64,000 nt of DNA from Heterodontus francisci. Its lineage: Eukaryota. Both the position numbers and the translations under genes were made by a program. Positions 48,221-61,277 of this stretch are shown piece by piece. The notes beneath the pieces are model-generated. The model ran no database searches. It saw only the letters and a program-made list of their open reading frames with translations, and had not been told where the DNA came from. The stretch covers positions 27,550,149-27,614,148 of the forward strand of contig NC_090404.1 in the NCBI RefSeq assembly GCF_036365525.1, written 5' to 3'. Position 1 is the stretch's first letter. Each line of letters begins with the position of its first letter.

Positions 48221-48815
48221 GTAAAATATTGTAGTTATTAGTTATGGGATCATTCATTAGCATGGTCACTGCTCTTATTTACCACTAGCATTTCTCCACG
48301 TTATGGATATGCAATCCCCCCTTTCATGTGATAATTTCTCCATTTTAATGGGAAAAAATTTTCCCTCCATTTGGTATAATTTCTCCTTTTATACGATATC
48401 GTTTTTTCCACTTTAAAGGTATTATTTCCTCAATTTACTGATATAATCTATCGTCATAAATGATATAATTTCGCCTTTTTAGAAGTGTAATTTCTCCCCA
48501 TTGCTGGTATCATTTTTTTTTTTACATTGCCATTCTAATTTCTTCCACTGTACAGTATCATTTCCGACTTTGGCAGCACAATTTCTCCTCTTCAGCGGTA
48601 TAATTTTCCCCTTAACCAGTATAATTTCTCCTGCTTAAATGTACAATTTAGTGCTGCGCACAGAATAATTTAAGCCCTTAACTTGAGCCATTTCACAGTG
48701 CAAATGTATTTATATTGTGTCACTGACACTGTTTACTGTGGGTGAACTATCACACTGTTATCATAGTGTACATTTCAACGTACTGTGTTGTTGACACTGT
48801 TACTGTGGGTGAATT

Positions 48816-51800
48816 CTTTGGCAGCCTTGTCTCGAGAGACAATGGGTAAGCGCCTGGAGGTTGTCAGTGGTTTGTGCAGCAGCGCCTGGAGTGGCTATAA
48901 AGGCCAATTTTAGAGTGACAGACTATTCCACAGGTGCTGCAGATAAGATTGGTTGTCGGGACTGTTACACAGTTGGCTCTCTCCTTCCGCTTCTGTCTTT
49001 TTTCCTGCCAACTGGTAACTCTCTTTGACTCGCCATGCTTTAGCCCCGCCTTTATGGTTGCCCGCCAGCTCTGGCGATCACTGGCAACTGACTCCCACGA
49101 CTTGTGATCAATGTCACAGGACTTCATGTCATGTTTGCAGACGTCTTTAAAGTGGAGACATGGATGGTCGGTGGGTCTGGTACCAGTGACGAGCTTGCTG
49201 TACAATGTGTCCTTGGGGATCCTGCCATCTTCCATGTGGCTCACATGGCCAAGCCATCTCAGGCGCCGCTGGCTTAGTAAGGTGTATATGCTGGGGATGT
49301 TGGCCACCTCGAGGACTTCTGCGTTGGAGTTATGTCCTGCCATCTGATGCCAAGGATTCTCTGGAGGCAGTAAAGATGGAATGAATTGAGACGTCTCTCT
49401 TGGCTGACGTACGTTGTCCAGGCCTCACTGCCATAGAGCAAGGTACTGAGGACACAGGCTTGATACACTTGGACTTTTGTGTTCTGTGTCAGTGCGCCAT
49501 TTTCCCACACTCTCTTGGCCAGTCTGGACATAGCAGAGGAAGCCTTTCCCATGCGCGTGTTTAATTCTGCATCGAGAGACAGGTTACTGGTGATAGTTGA
49601 GCCTAGGTAGGTGAACTCTTGAACCACTTCCAGAGTGTGGTCGCCGATATTGCTGGATGGGGCATTTCTGACGTCCTGTCCCATGATGTTCATTTTCTTG
49701 AGGCTGATGGTTAGGCCAAATTCATTGCAGGCAGCCGCAAACCTGTCGATGAGTCTCTGCAGACACTCGTCAGTGTGAGATGTTATTGCAGCATCATCAG
49801 CAAAGAGGAGTTCCCTGATGAGTACTTTCCGTACTTTGGTCTTCGCTTTTAGACGGGCAAGGTTGAACAACCTGCCACCTGATCTTGTGCGGAGGAAAAT
49901 TCCTTCTTCTGAAGACTTGAACGCATGTGAGAGCAGCAGGGAGAAGAAGATCCCAAACAGTGTAGGTACGAGAACACAGCCCTGTTTCACGCCACTCAGG
50001 ATTGGAAAGGGGTCTGATGAGGCGCCACTATGCTGAATTGTGCCTTTCATATTGTCATGGAATGAGGTGATGATACTTAGTAGCTTTGGTGGGTATCCAA
50101 TCTTTTCTACTAGTCTGAAGAGACCACGTCTGCTGATGAGGTCAAAGGCTTTGGTGAGATTAATGAAAGCAACACAGAGGGGCATCTGTTGTTCATGGCA
50201 TTTCTCCTGTAGCTGGTGAAGGGAGAACAACATGTCAATGGTGGATCTCTTTGCTCGAAAGCCACACTGTGCCTCAGGATAGACAAGCTCAGCCACCTTC
50301 TGGAGCCTGTTTAAGGTGACACAAGCGAAGACTTTCCCCACTATGCTGAGCAGGGAGATTCCACGGTAGTTGTTGCAGTCACCGCGGTCACCCTTTTTCT
50401 TATAGAGGGTTTTGATATTGGCATCGCGCATGTCCTGTGGTACTGCACCCTCGTCCCAGCACAGGCAAAGCAGTTCATGCAGTGCTGAAAGTATATCAGG
50501 CTTGGCACTCTTGATGATTTCAGGGGTAATGCCGTCCTTCCCAGGGGCTTTTCCGCTGGCTAGAAAATCAATGGCATCATTGAGTTCCGATTTTGTTGGC
50601 TGTACGTCCAGCTCATCCATGACTGGCAGAGACAGGCTGCATTGAGGGTGGTCTCAGTGACAACATTCTCCCTGGAGTACAGTTCTAGGTAGTGTTCCAC
50701 CCAATGGTCCATTTGCTTACGTTGGTCAGTGATTGCGTCCCCTGATTTAGATTTGAGGGGGGCAATCTTCTTGATGGTTAGCCCAAAAGCTCTCTTAATG
50801 CTTTCACACATTCCTCTGATATTTCCTGTGTCAGAGACCAGCTCAGTATGACTGCATAGGTGTTGCCAGTAGTCATTTGCACAGCACCTGGCTGTTCTTT
50901 GTGCCGCGCTTCTGGCAGCTTTAAATGCTACAGATGTTAACTCGCTGGGGGCTTTCTTGTAGTTTAGCAGGGCAATGCACTTAGCGGCTATGACAGGTTC
51001 CAGCTCTTCAATGTGAGATTGAAACCAGTCTGCATTCCTCTTCAAACGATTACCATAGGTGGTCATTGCTGGGTCATAGATTTAGACTCTGACGTGGGCC
51101 CACTTGGTCTCTGCATCCCCTGTGGGAGTGTTTTGAAGGGCTTTTTCATGTGAATTTAGAAACTTGCGTAACAGCTATGGATGAGAAATTCTGCTCGTGT
51201 TGATGCACAGGCAGCCCTTCTGCTTGTTTGATTTGAGTCTAACTTCGCTCCACACCAGGGAGTGGTCGGTGTCACAGTCCGCACTTTGGAAGCTGCGTGT
51301 GATTTGAACACTGTTTAAAGAGGCTCACCTTGTAACAATGAGGTCCAGCTGGTGCCAATGACGTGATGTTGGGTGCCTCCAAGAAACCTGGTGACAGGGT
51401 TTAGTGTGAAAGAACGAGTTGGTGATGCAGAGGTTATGATAGGTACACAACTCAAGCTGTCTCTGTCCATTCTCATTCATTCTTCCAATGCCAAAGCGCC
51501 CAAGGCAGGAGGGCCATGAGTCATGGTCGGCCCCAACCCTGGCATTAAAGTCCCCCAGCAGGAATAGGTGTTCGGTATTGGGGATGCTACTAGTGATATT
51601 ATGGAGTCCCTCATAGAACTGGTCTATAGCTTCAGGTGGGGAGCAGAGTGTTGGAGCATAGATGCTGAGTAGGTGTACTGGACCAGAGGCAGTGAGCAGT
51701 CGGATGGACAGTATGCGTTCTGAGCCATTTGAGGGTGGCTCTATCATGCTGAGCAAAGAGTTTCTGATGGTGAAGCCCACTCCGTGCTGTCTTGGTTCTT

Positions 51801-52366
51801 CAGGATCCCAACCCTGCCAGAAGAAGGTGTAGTCTTGCTCTCTTAGAGATCCGCTCGCAGGGAGGCGTGTCTCCTGAAGTGCTGCAATGTCTACATTGAG
51901 TCTACTGAGCTCGTTGTTAATGATGGCGGTCTTCCGAGAATCGTTGATTTGTGTAAGGTCTTCCAACAGGCCAGGACACATAGTTCTGATGTTCCAGCTT
52001 GCAAAACGAAGGGCTGGCATCTTCTTTCCTTTTTTGGTCGTGCTGTTTGGTGCGGTGTTACAGTCCACTTGTCTGGCAATGACCCTGAGCTCCAAGCACC
52101 CATTGAAGCAGGTGAACTGCAGCGGGACAGAACCTTACTGACCGGGGGTGCATGGTTTGAGGTGGGCGGTAGCTGTCCAGTGAGACGTGATGACCTCTCC
52201 CACCGACAAAGGCAGTCCATGGCACCCAGTCTCTACGTGAATTGAGCTGGACTTATAACCCGTAACTGCTGCCTGCCGTGTTGATTTGGTCGCTGTGAGG
52301 TGACTATGGAGTGACCTCTCCATGACGCATGCCTGGGCGTATGTATGGAGGTTGTGAGTGACTTGC
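48816..52366 (-). mobile_element. Degenerate near full-length RTE LINE in the intron of GPCR copy C
   Basis: ORF pieces 51325-52095, 50560-51066, 49274-50620 and 48864-49343 are colinear with the intact RTE ORF; several frameshifts; flanked by 67-bp minisatellite units. Confidence 0.92.
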
Positions 52367-53524
52367 CACACGGTTATCACAGTGTAAATGGAGATCTATT
52401 ATGTTAATGGCATTGAGAGCGGCTGTCTGCTTTTCCAAAGGATTCACCGATTGAAATTATTCAACAATTAAATAATTCCTGACTGAATTTAAGGAGTGAA
52501 TTCATTGAAGGAACATTATTAGGCATCGGGTTGATAATAGAAATATAAGCAATGTGATAAGTGGCCGTTTTATGAATGAATCTGTACTTACCCTAAATTC
52601 ACAGTGCTCAGTGTTTCTGTTCTCAGTCTTTAATGCGCACTGCTTCAGCCTGGCTCTCCTCTTCCAACAGTCGCTGCTACTGACTGTTCTGCAGTGACCA
52701 CTATTATGTCCGAATGTTCCTTCTGCTCTAAGCTCCTGACAATGTCCTGGACTGTTCCCACCTTCAAATTTTTTTCCATAATTTCTATAACTGGTGGTAT
52801 CTCTCGCATCTGCGTCAAAAAAGTTTAATTTCAACACCCACTATAGGACTAAGCTGATCATCTCTGCCGACAGCGCAGTGCAGTGCTGATGAACTGCTGC
52901 CCTGTAGGAGCAAGCTTTCTCTGAATGAGACCTCACCACCTACCACTTCCGCAGGCATAGGTGCACAACGGAGATCCCACGGACTAACAGGGGAAATGGT
53001 CAGAGTTATTAGTGCATCTTCAAAAACATCCCCTCTGCAAAGTGTGAAAATGTTAATTGTCTGTTTAGTTCTCTCTGCTTGAGGATCCTTTCGAAAAAGT
53101 TGACAGTCGAGTTTTCCAACAGTGAATCATTTTACAATAATTTGTTAGGGTGAGGGTCTTTTAGATCCTCAGCAGAATATAATCCATTTTAAATGCAAGT
53201 TTTTACTACTTTCCTTTTAGTTTCCACTTTTATTGTCAGTAATTGTATTGTTTACTCTCTTAAATATCTTCCATAATATATTACTTATGTTATTTTCTTC
53301 CTGTCTGTTTGATGTTCCCATTTTGGTTCAATGAGTTTGTAATGCCTTTTTGTTCTCCATTCTGTTTGATTGTATTATTTTACATTCCGATGTTATTGAT
53401 CTCTCTGAATTTTCATGCAGGTGATTATTTTAAACACAGAAACAACTGCCCAGATGTTAAGCGATACTTTTCCATCCAGTATCAGCTGTCAAAGTTGTGA
53501 ATTTCACACATAACTCTGTGAAAC

Positions 53525-53820
53525 GGGCGGCACAGTGGTGCAGTGGTTAGCACTGCAGCCTCACAGCTCTAGTGACCCGGGTTCACTTCTGGGTACTGCC
53601 TGTGCAGAGTTTGCAAGTTCTCCCTGTGATCCACGTGGGTTCAGCCAGGTGCTCCGGTTTCCTCCCAAAGCCAAAAGACTTGCAAGTGATAGGTAAATTG
53701 GCCATTGTAAATTGCCCCTAGTGTAGGTAGGTGGTAGGGATTACTGTATGGTGAGTATAAATGGGTGGCTGTTGGTTGGCATAGACTCGAGGGGCTTGTT
53801 TCAGTGCTGTATCTCTAAAT
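53525..53820 (+). mobile_element. tRNA-derived V-SINE (HE1-like)
   Basis: Box A tggtgcagtgg, box B ggttcacttct, V-domain gtttgca..ttctccc...ggtgctccggtttcctccca; absent from the paralogous introns. Confidence 0.85.
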
Positions 53821-53924
53821 AAAACAGATGATTTTGTTGGGAGTCGGACCAGTAATAGTCCTGTTCTTGCTCGCTGACACATGTACACTGTTCCGCTTTC
53901 TCTTAGCCTCTTTCTCTATTACAG

Positions 53925-54832
53925 CTAACCTGGCAGTGATTGTGATCCTGTCTCGAGGAAGATGCGGTCTCTCCAGATGTATCACTTACTATCTGATGTC
54001 CATGGCAGTGACAGATCTCCTGGTTATGATCACTGTTGTGATATTAAACCAGATTGCTAGTATTTATTTCCCAGACACTTTTCTGTCCATCACACCTGTA
54101 TGCAGTCTCCGTAATGCCCTAAGCTTTGCGATCATAGACAATTCTGTCTGGTTAACGGTCGCTTTCACCTTTGATCGATTTATAGCCATTTGTTGCCAGA
54201 AGCTGAAAATAAAATACTGCACAGAGAAAACGGCGGCGTGGGTTATAGGAACGGTCTGCACACAGAGCTGTTTAAAAAATACTTTCCGGTATTTTATAAT
54301 GGAACCTTTGCTTATAATTGACAATATACCCTGGTTCTGCATCATAAAATTAACATTTTATACGTCACCTGCATGGGTCGCATATGACTGGATTTATTCC
54401 CTTTTAACCCCTTGTCTCCCATTCATTCTGATTTTACTGTTCAATGCTCTGACAGTCAGACACATTCTAGTGGCCAGTAAAGCCCGCAGGAGACTCACAG
54501 CCCACAGCAATGGAAAGAATCAGAGTGACCCAGAGATGGAGAAACGGAAAAAGTCCATCGTTTTACTCTTCTGCATCTCGTGCAGTTTCATCCTGTTATA
54601 TTTGGTAGTTCTTATAAATTTCCTTTTTATCCGAATTGCGAAATTAAGTTACTTTTCTGGTTCCAATTTCAATAAATCAAATGTTATTCTGGACCAAAGC
54701 GGATATATGCTTCTGCTTGTGAGCTCCTGCATCAATCCATTTATTTATGCAGGGACCCAGAGAAAATTCAGAGAGGAGTTAAAGAATGGAGTGAAATATC
54801 CACTGAGTCTAATTGCTAAAATGTTTCAGTGA
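53925..54832 (+). CDS. GPR139-like class A GPCR copy C, coding exon 2 (spliced protein 325 aa)
   Basis: ttacag acceptor at 53924; MAVTD, TFDRF, PVCS/PWFC, NPFIY; open to the TGA at 54832. Confidence 0.92.
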
Positions 54833-55677
54833 TGAAAAAGTACAATCCAAATTGAATTGTACGCTATATTCCATCCATTGCTGTTCTTGTTCATGTCACA
54901 GAGGAAGTGACTCGCTTTGAGACCCTTATCCATTGTATGCATTCAAGAATGTATAAGCATCACTGGACAATTCCGTGCTGTAACATGGTCTAGTTCAGTT
55001 TCAAGTTCTCTTCCCCGTGCTGACTCTAGCTTAGTATATTCTCACCATGCCCAAGGGCCCAGAAGTATCCGTACATTAATGTAGGAAACACAGATTCGGC
55101 CCGTGTTCTGTTATTAGATAACATGTTTAACTGTTCAATGAAGGGACATCAATATCCCTGCTGGGAATCATTTGGGTCTTAAGGGTAGGATAGGTTCTGA
55201 AATGGAAACGTGTAATTCCCCATACATTTTTGTCCAATTCATAGGCACTGCTCACAGCCGCACCGCTGTGCCTATAAATATAGGAACAGAGGAAATGCTG
55301 GCGTAAAAAGACAAAATATCACATAGCTCACCTTCTACTCTTTTCATTGGCCTTCTACTCTTTTCATTGTCAGCAAACAAAATAAAATTAGTCAAGCTAT
55401 AGTCCCTCCTTTTTAAAAGGGCTACAAACAATAAACACCCAAACCATGAAAAGAAACTGATCAAATTAAATGAGGATATATCTTCACTATCGACAATGTA
55501 CTCCAGTCGCTTTGCATTCTAATACACTGGAAGTCCCATGTTACAATGTTAACAGATCTTTTCGCTAATCACAGCAATCGCTTTAAACCAGCCTGCAACT
55601 GACCGAGGTATGAGGTGAGGAAGACCCCAGCGGTGGAAAGCTTTAGGAACCATATTTACAAAGTCACCTGTTCCTCT

Positions 55678-57190
55678 CATAGAAACATACGAATTAGGAG
55701 CAGGAGTAGATCACTCGACCCCTCAAGCCTGCTCTGCCATTCAATTAGTTCATGGCTGAACTGATTACTCCACATTTCCACCTACCCACGATAACCTTCC
55801 ACCCCCTTGCTTATGAAGAATCTGTCTACCTCTGCCTTAAAAATATTCAAAGACTCTGCTTCCACTGCCTTTTGAGGAAGAGAATTCCAAAGACTCACGA
55901 CCCTCTGAGAGAACAAAATTCTCCTAATCTCTGTCTTAAATGGGTGACAACTTATTTTTAAACAGTGATCCCTAGTTCAAGATTCTACACAAGGACAAAC
56001 ATCATTTCCACATCCAACCTGCCAAAACCCCTCAGGATCTTATATGTTTCAATCAAGTCGCCTCTTACTCTTCTGCATTCCAGTGGATACAAGCCTAGCC
56101 TGAACAATCTTTCCTCAGAAGACAGCCCACCCATTCCAGGTATTAGTCCAGTAAACCTTCTCTGTAGTGCCTCCAACATATTTACATCCTTCCTTAAATA
56201 AAGAGACCAGTACTGTACACAGTACTCCAGATGTGGTCTCACCAATGCTGAAGCATAACTTCCCTACTTTTGTATTCAATTCCCCTCGCAATAAACGATA
56301 ACGTTCTATTAGCTTTCCTAATTATGTGCTGTACCTGCATTCTAACCTTTTGTGATTCATGCACTAGGACACCCAGATCCCTCTGCATCTCAGAGTTCTG
56401 CAACCTTTCACCATTTAGATAATATGCTTTTTTTAATTCTTCCTGCCAAATTGGACGATGTGACTCTTTCCCACATTATACTCCATTTGTCAGGTCTTTG
56501 CCCATTCACTTAACCTATATATGTATCCCTTTGTAGCCTCCTTATATCCTCTTCACAAGTTACTTTCCTACCTATCTTTGTGTCATCAGCAAAGTTAGCA
56601 ACCATACCTTTGGTCCCTTCTTCTAAGTCATTTACATAAATTGTAAAAAGTTGAGGCCCCAACATAGATCCCTCTGGCACACCGCTCGTTGCATCTTGCC
56701 AACCAGGAAATTACCCATTTATGCCTACTCTCTGTTTCCTGTTAGCTAACCAATCTGCTATCCGCATCAATATGTTACTTCCTACACCATGAGCTTTTAG
56801 TTTCTGCAATAACCTTTGATGTGGCAACTTATCAAATGCCTTCTGGAAATCTAAGTACAATACGTCCACCGGTTCCCCTTTATCCACAGCACATGTAACT
56901 CCCTCAAAGAACTCCAATAAATTCGTTCAACATGATTTCCCTTTCACAAAACCATGTTGACTCTGTTGGATTAGCTTGAACTTTTCTAAATGCTGTGCTA
57001 TAACATCTTTAAGAAAGCTTCTAACATTTTCTCGAAGACAGATGTTAAGCTAACTGGCCTGTAGTTTCCTGCTTTCCGTCTCCCTCCCTTTTTGAACAAA
57101 GGAATTACATTCGTTATTTTCCAATCTAAAGGAATCTTCCCCAAATTTAGGGAATTTTGGAAAATTAAAACTAACGCGTAAAATATCCTA
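55678..57190 (-). mobile_element. CR1 LINE, 3' part (RT), interrupted by Penelope
   Basis: NYRPVSLTS, VDVLYLDFQKAFDK, VRPHLEYC; catagaaacat tail. Confidence 0.9.
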
Positions 57191-57291
57191 ATATAAAAGC
57201 AAAATACTGTGGATGCTGGAAATCGGAAACAAAAACAAGAAATGCTGGAATCACTCAGCAGGTCTGGCAGCATCTGTGGAAAGAGAAGCAG

Positions 57292-57328
57292 AGTTAACGT
57301 TTCGGGTCAGTGACACTTCTTCAGAACT
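57292..57328 (-). ncRNA. Minimal hammerhead ribozyme motif in the Penelope 3' repeat
   Basis: agtt-CUGAAGA-a-gtgtc-act-gaccc-GAAAC-GUU-aact; one stem II mismatch. Confidence 0.65.
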
Positions 57329-57694
57329 GACAAATATTAGAAAAGTCACAGATTATAAGCAAGTGAGGTGGGGGTGGGGCAAGAGATAACAAAGGAGAAG
57401 GTGCAGATTGGACCAGGCCACATAGCTGACCAAAAGGTCACGGAGCAAAGGCAAACAATATGTTAATGGTGTGTTGAAAGACAAAGCATTAGTACAGATT
57501 AGGTGCAAATACACTGAATATTGAACAGCAGCAAGTGCAAACCTGAAAAAAAACTGAAAAAAACAGTGGGTAATCAAACTGAACAAGCTAAGATGAAATG
57601 AAATAAATGCAAAAAAAAATTGTAAAAAATGTAAAAAAGAATGTAAAGAAAAGGAAGAAAAAATAACTAAAAATGAAAGTAAAATGGGGGGCTG

Positions 57695-60420
57695 TCATGC
57701 TCTGAAATTATTGAACTCAATGTTCAGTCCGGCAGGCTGAAGTGTGCCTAATCGGTAGATGAGATGCTGTTCCTCGAGCTTGCGTTGATGTTCACTGGAA
57801 CACTGCAGCAATCCCAGGACAGAGATGTGAGCATGAGAGCAGGGGGGAGTGTTGAAATGGCAAGCAACCAGAAGCTCAGGGCCCTGCTTGCGGACTGAGC
57901 GGAGATGTTCCGCAAAGCGGTCACCCAGTCTGCGCTTGGTCTCCCCAATGTAGAGGAGACCACACTGTGAGCAGCGAATACAGTATACTACATTGAAAGA
58001 AGTACAAGTAAATCGCTGCATCACCTGAAAGGAGTGTTTGGGGCCTGGGATAGTGAGGAGAGAGGAGGTAAATGGGCAGGTATTACACCTCCTGCGATTG
58101 CAGGGGAAGGTGCCCTGGGAAGGGGACGAGGTGGTGGGGGTAATGGAGGAGTGGACCAGGGTGTCGCGGAGGGAATGATCCCTTTGGAATGCTGACAGGG
58201 GAAGGGAGGGGAAGATGTGACTGGTAGTGGCATCGCGCTGGAGGTGGTGAAAATGGCGGAGGATGATCCTTTGGATATGGAGGCTGGTGGGATGAAAAGT
58301 GAGGACAAGGGGAACCCTGTCACGGTTCTGGGAGGGAGGGGAAGCGGTGAGGGTAGAGGTGCGGGGAATGGGTCGGACACGGTTGAGGGCCCTGTCAACC
58401 ACAGTGGGGGGAAATCCTCGGTTGAGGACAAAGGAGGTCATATCAGAAGCACCGTCATGGAAGGTAGCATCATCAGAGCAGATGCGTCGGAGATGGAGAA
58501 ACTGGGAGAATGGAATGGAGTCCTTACAGGAGGTAGGGTGTGAAGAAGTGTAGTCGAGGTAGCTGTGGGAGTCGGTGGGCTTATAATGGATATTGGTAGA
58601 CAACCTATCCCCAGAGATGGAGACAGAGAAGTCGAGGAAGGGAAGTGTCAGAGATGGACCATGTAAAGGTGAGAGAAGGGTGGAAGTTGGAAGCAAAGTT
58701 GATAAAGTTTTCTCGTTCGGGGCGGGAGCAGGAAACGGCACTGATACAGTCATCAATGTACGGGAAAAAGAGTTGGGGGAGGGGGCCTGAGTAGGACGGG
58801 AACAAAGAATGCTCGACATATCCCACAAAAAGACAGGCATAACTAGGACCCATGCGGGTACACATAGCGACACCTTTTACTTGAAGGAAGAGCGTGGAGT
58901 TGAAGGAGAAGTTGTTCAATGTGAGAACAAGTTCAACCAGGCGGAGGAGGGTGGTGGTGGATGGGGACTGGTTGGGCCTCTGTTCCAGGAAGAAGCGGAG
59001 AGCCCTCAGACCATCCTGGTGGGGGATGGAGGTGTAGAGCGATTGGACGTCCATAGTGAAGAGGAGGCGGTTGGGACCAGGAAACTGGAAATTGTCAAAA
59101 TGACGTAGGGCGTCAGAAGAGTCACGGATGTAGGTGGGAAGAGACTGGACCAGCGGAGAAAAGATAGAGTCTCGATAGGAAGAAATAAGTTCAGTGGGGC
59201 AGGAGCAGGCTGACACAATGGGTCTGCCGGGACAGTCCCGTTTGTGGATTTTGGGAAGGAGGTAGAAGCGGGCTGTCCGGGGTTGTGGGACTATGAGGTT
59301 GGAAGCCGTAGAGGGAAGATCTCCAGAGGAGATGAGGTCAGTGACAGTCCTTTGGATGGTGGCTTGATGTTCGGTGGTGGGGTCATGGTCCAGAGGGAGG
59401 TAGGAAGAGGTGTCTGTGAGTTGGCGTTGAGCTTCTGCAAGGTAGAGGTCGGTACGCCATACAACAACAGCACCACTCTTGTCTGCAGGTTTGATGACCA
59501 TGTCGGGGTTAGACCTGAGAGAACGGAGTGCCTCAAGTTCAGAGGGGGATAGGTTAGAGTGAGTGAGGGGGGCAGAGAAATTGAGATGACCAATGTCTCG
59601 CCGACAGTTTTCAATGAAGAGATCAAGAGCGGGTAAGTGGCCAGGGGGAGGGGTCCAGGTAGAGGGAGAATGCTGGAGGCGGGTGAATGGGTCTGCTGGT
59701 CGGGGGGAGGACTCATGGTCGAAGAAGTGAGCCCGGAGGTGGAGGCGACGGAAGAAGAGCTCAACATCATGCCGAGCACGAAATTCATTGAGGTGGGGGC
59801 GTAAGGGGATAAAACTGAGACCTTTGCTGAGTACAGAACGCTCAGCATCAGAGAGGGGGAGGTCAGAGGGTATAGTGAATACACGGCAAGGGGTCAGATT
59901 AGAAGGGGTGGGGTCAGAGGGAAGTGAAGCGGAAGGAGGATCTGGAGGGGCATTAGTCCCCATCAGCTGCTGGAGCTTGCATTCCTTAACACCTGAAAGG
60001 AAGAAAAAAAGTTTTTTGTTAATGCGTCGGATGAGACGTAAGATGAGATGAAACTGCGGAGTAGAACAGCTTTGAGATAAGGTGAGACGGTGCTGCTGGA
60101 GAGAGAGGTCCAGTGTGTGCATGTGGCGGCTCATAGCGCTGAGTGTGGATCTCAGGATGCGGCGAGAGTAGCAGTCCGAGGAACGTTGTATTTCTCGGAG
60201 ATACCTGTGATCCTGGGTGGTTTCAAAGCATGATGGGTGAAACTGCAGTTGGAATCCACGTGGAATAAGTCAGAGCCGGAGACAGTCACTGAGGAAGGAG
60301 ATGTGGCTGTGAAAACGAGTTTTGGTAGATACCTTATCAAACACCAGGAGGGAAATAGAAAGCAATGAAGGTGAACAAGGTAAAAGAGACAAACGAAAAT
60401 CCCGTCGGAGAGAAGAGCAG
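57695..60420 (-). pseudogene. Penelope ORF (RT + GIY-YIG endonuclease) with one stop and one frameshift
   Basis: RFYLLPKIHK, PGRPIVS, MDVQSLYTSIP, YIDD; NVVYCIRCSQCGLLYIGETKRRLGDRFAEH; TGA near 60270; 5-nt loss near 58640. Confidence 0.9.
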
Positions 60421-60566
60421 AACTTCTTCAAGGTAGTGGAGGATCTGGCAGTGAATTAAACACTAAAATAAAAGCAAAATACTGCGGATGCTGGAAATCG
60501 GAAACAAAAACAAGAAATGCTGGAATCACTCAGCAGGTCTGGCAGCATCTGTGGAAAGAGAAGCAG

Positions 60567-60603
60567 AGTTAACGTTTCGGGTCAGTGACACTTCTTCAGA
60601 ACT
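60567..60603 (-). ncRNA. Minimal hammerhead ribozyme motif in the Penelope 5' repeat
   Basis: Identical to the motif at 57292-57328. Confidence 0.65.
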
Positions 60604-61277
60604 GACAAATATTAGAAAAGTCACAGATGAGAAGCAAGTGAAGTGGGGGTGGGGCAAGAGATAACAAAGGAGAAGGTGCAGATTGGACCAGGCCACATAG
60701 CTGACCAAAAGGTCACGGAGCAAAGGCAAACAATATGTTAATGGTGTGTTGAAAGACAAAGCATTAGTACAGATTAGGTGTGAATATACTGAATATTGAA
60801 CAGCAGCAAGTGCAAACCTGGAAAAAAAACTGAAAAAAACAGTGGGTAAGCAAACTGAACAAGCTAAGATGAAATGAAATAAATGCAAAAAAAAAGATTG
60901 TAAAAAATGTAAAAAAAGAATGTAAAGAAAAGGAAGAAAAAATAACTAAAAATGAAAGTAAAATGGGGGGCTGTCATGCTCTGAAATTATTGAACTCAAT
61001 GTTCAGTCCAGCAGGCTGAAGTGTGCCTAATCGGTCGATGAGATGCTGTTCCTCGAGCTTGCGTTGATGTTCACTGGAACACTGCAGCAATCCCAGGACA
61101 GAGATGTGAGCATGAGAGCAGGGGAGAGCGTTGAAATGGCAAGCAACCGGAAGCTCAGGGTCCTGCTTGCGGACTGAGCGGAGATGTTCTGCAAAGCGGT
61201 CACCCAGTCTGCGCTTGGTCTCCCCAATGTAGAGGAGACCACACTGTGAGCAGCGAATACAGTATACTACATTGAAA

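Larger units (their letters stand above)
57191..61277 (-). mobile_element. Penelope-like element (RT + GIY-YIG) with ~0.8 kb direct terminal repeats and a 15-bp TSD
   Basis: Direct repeats 57193-57999 and 60468-61278; TSD gcgtaaaatatccta at 57176-57190 and 61278-61292. Confidence 0.93.

Noticed and set aside
53525-53600. tRNA gene
   Set aside because: The A/B boxes belong to the head of a V-SINE and continue into the SINE body.
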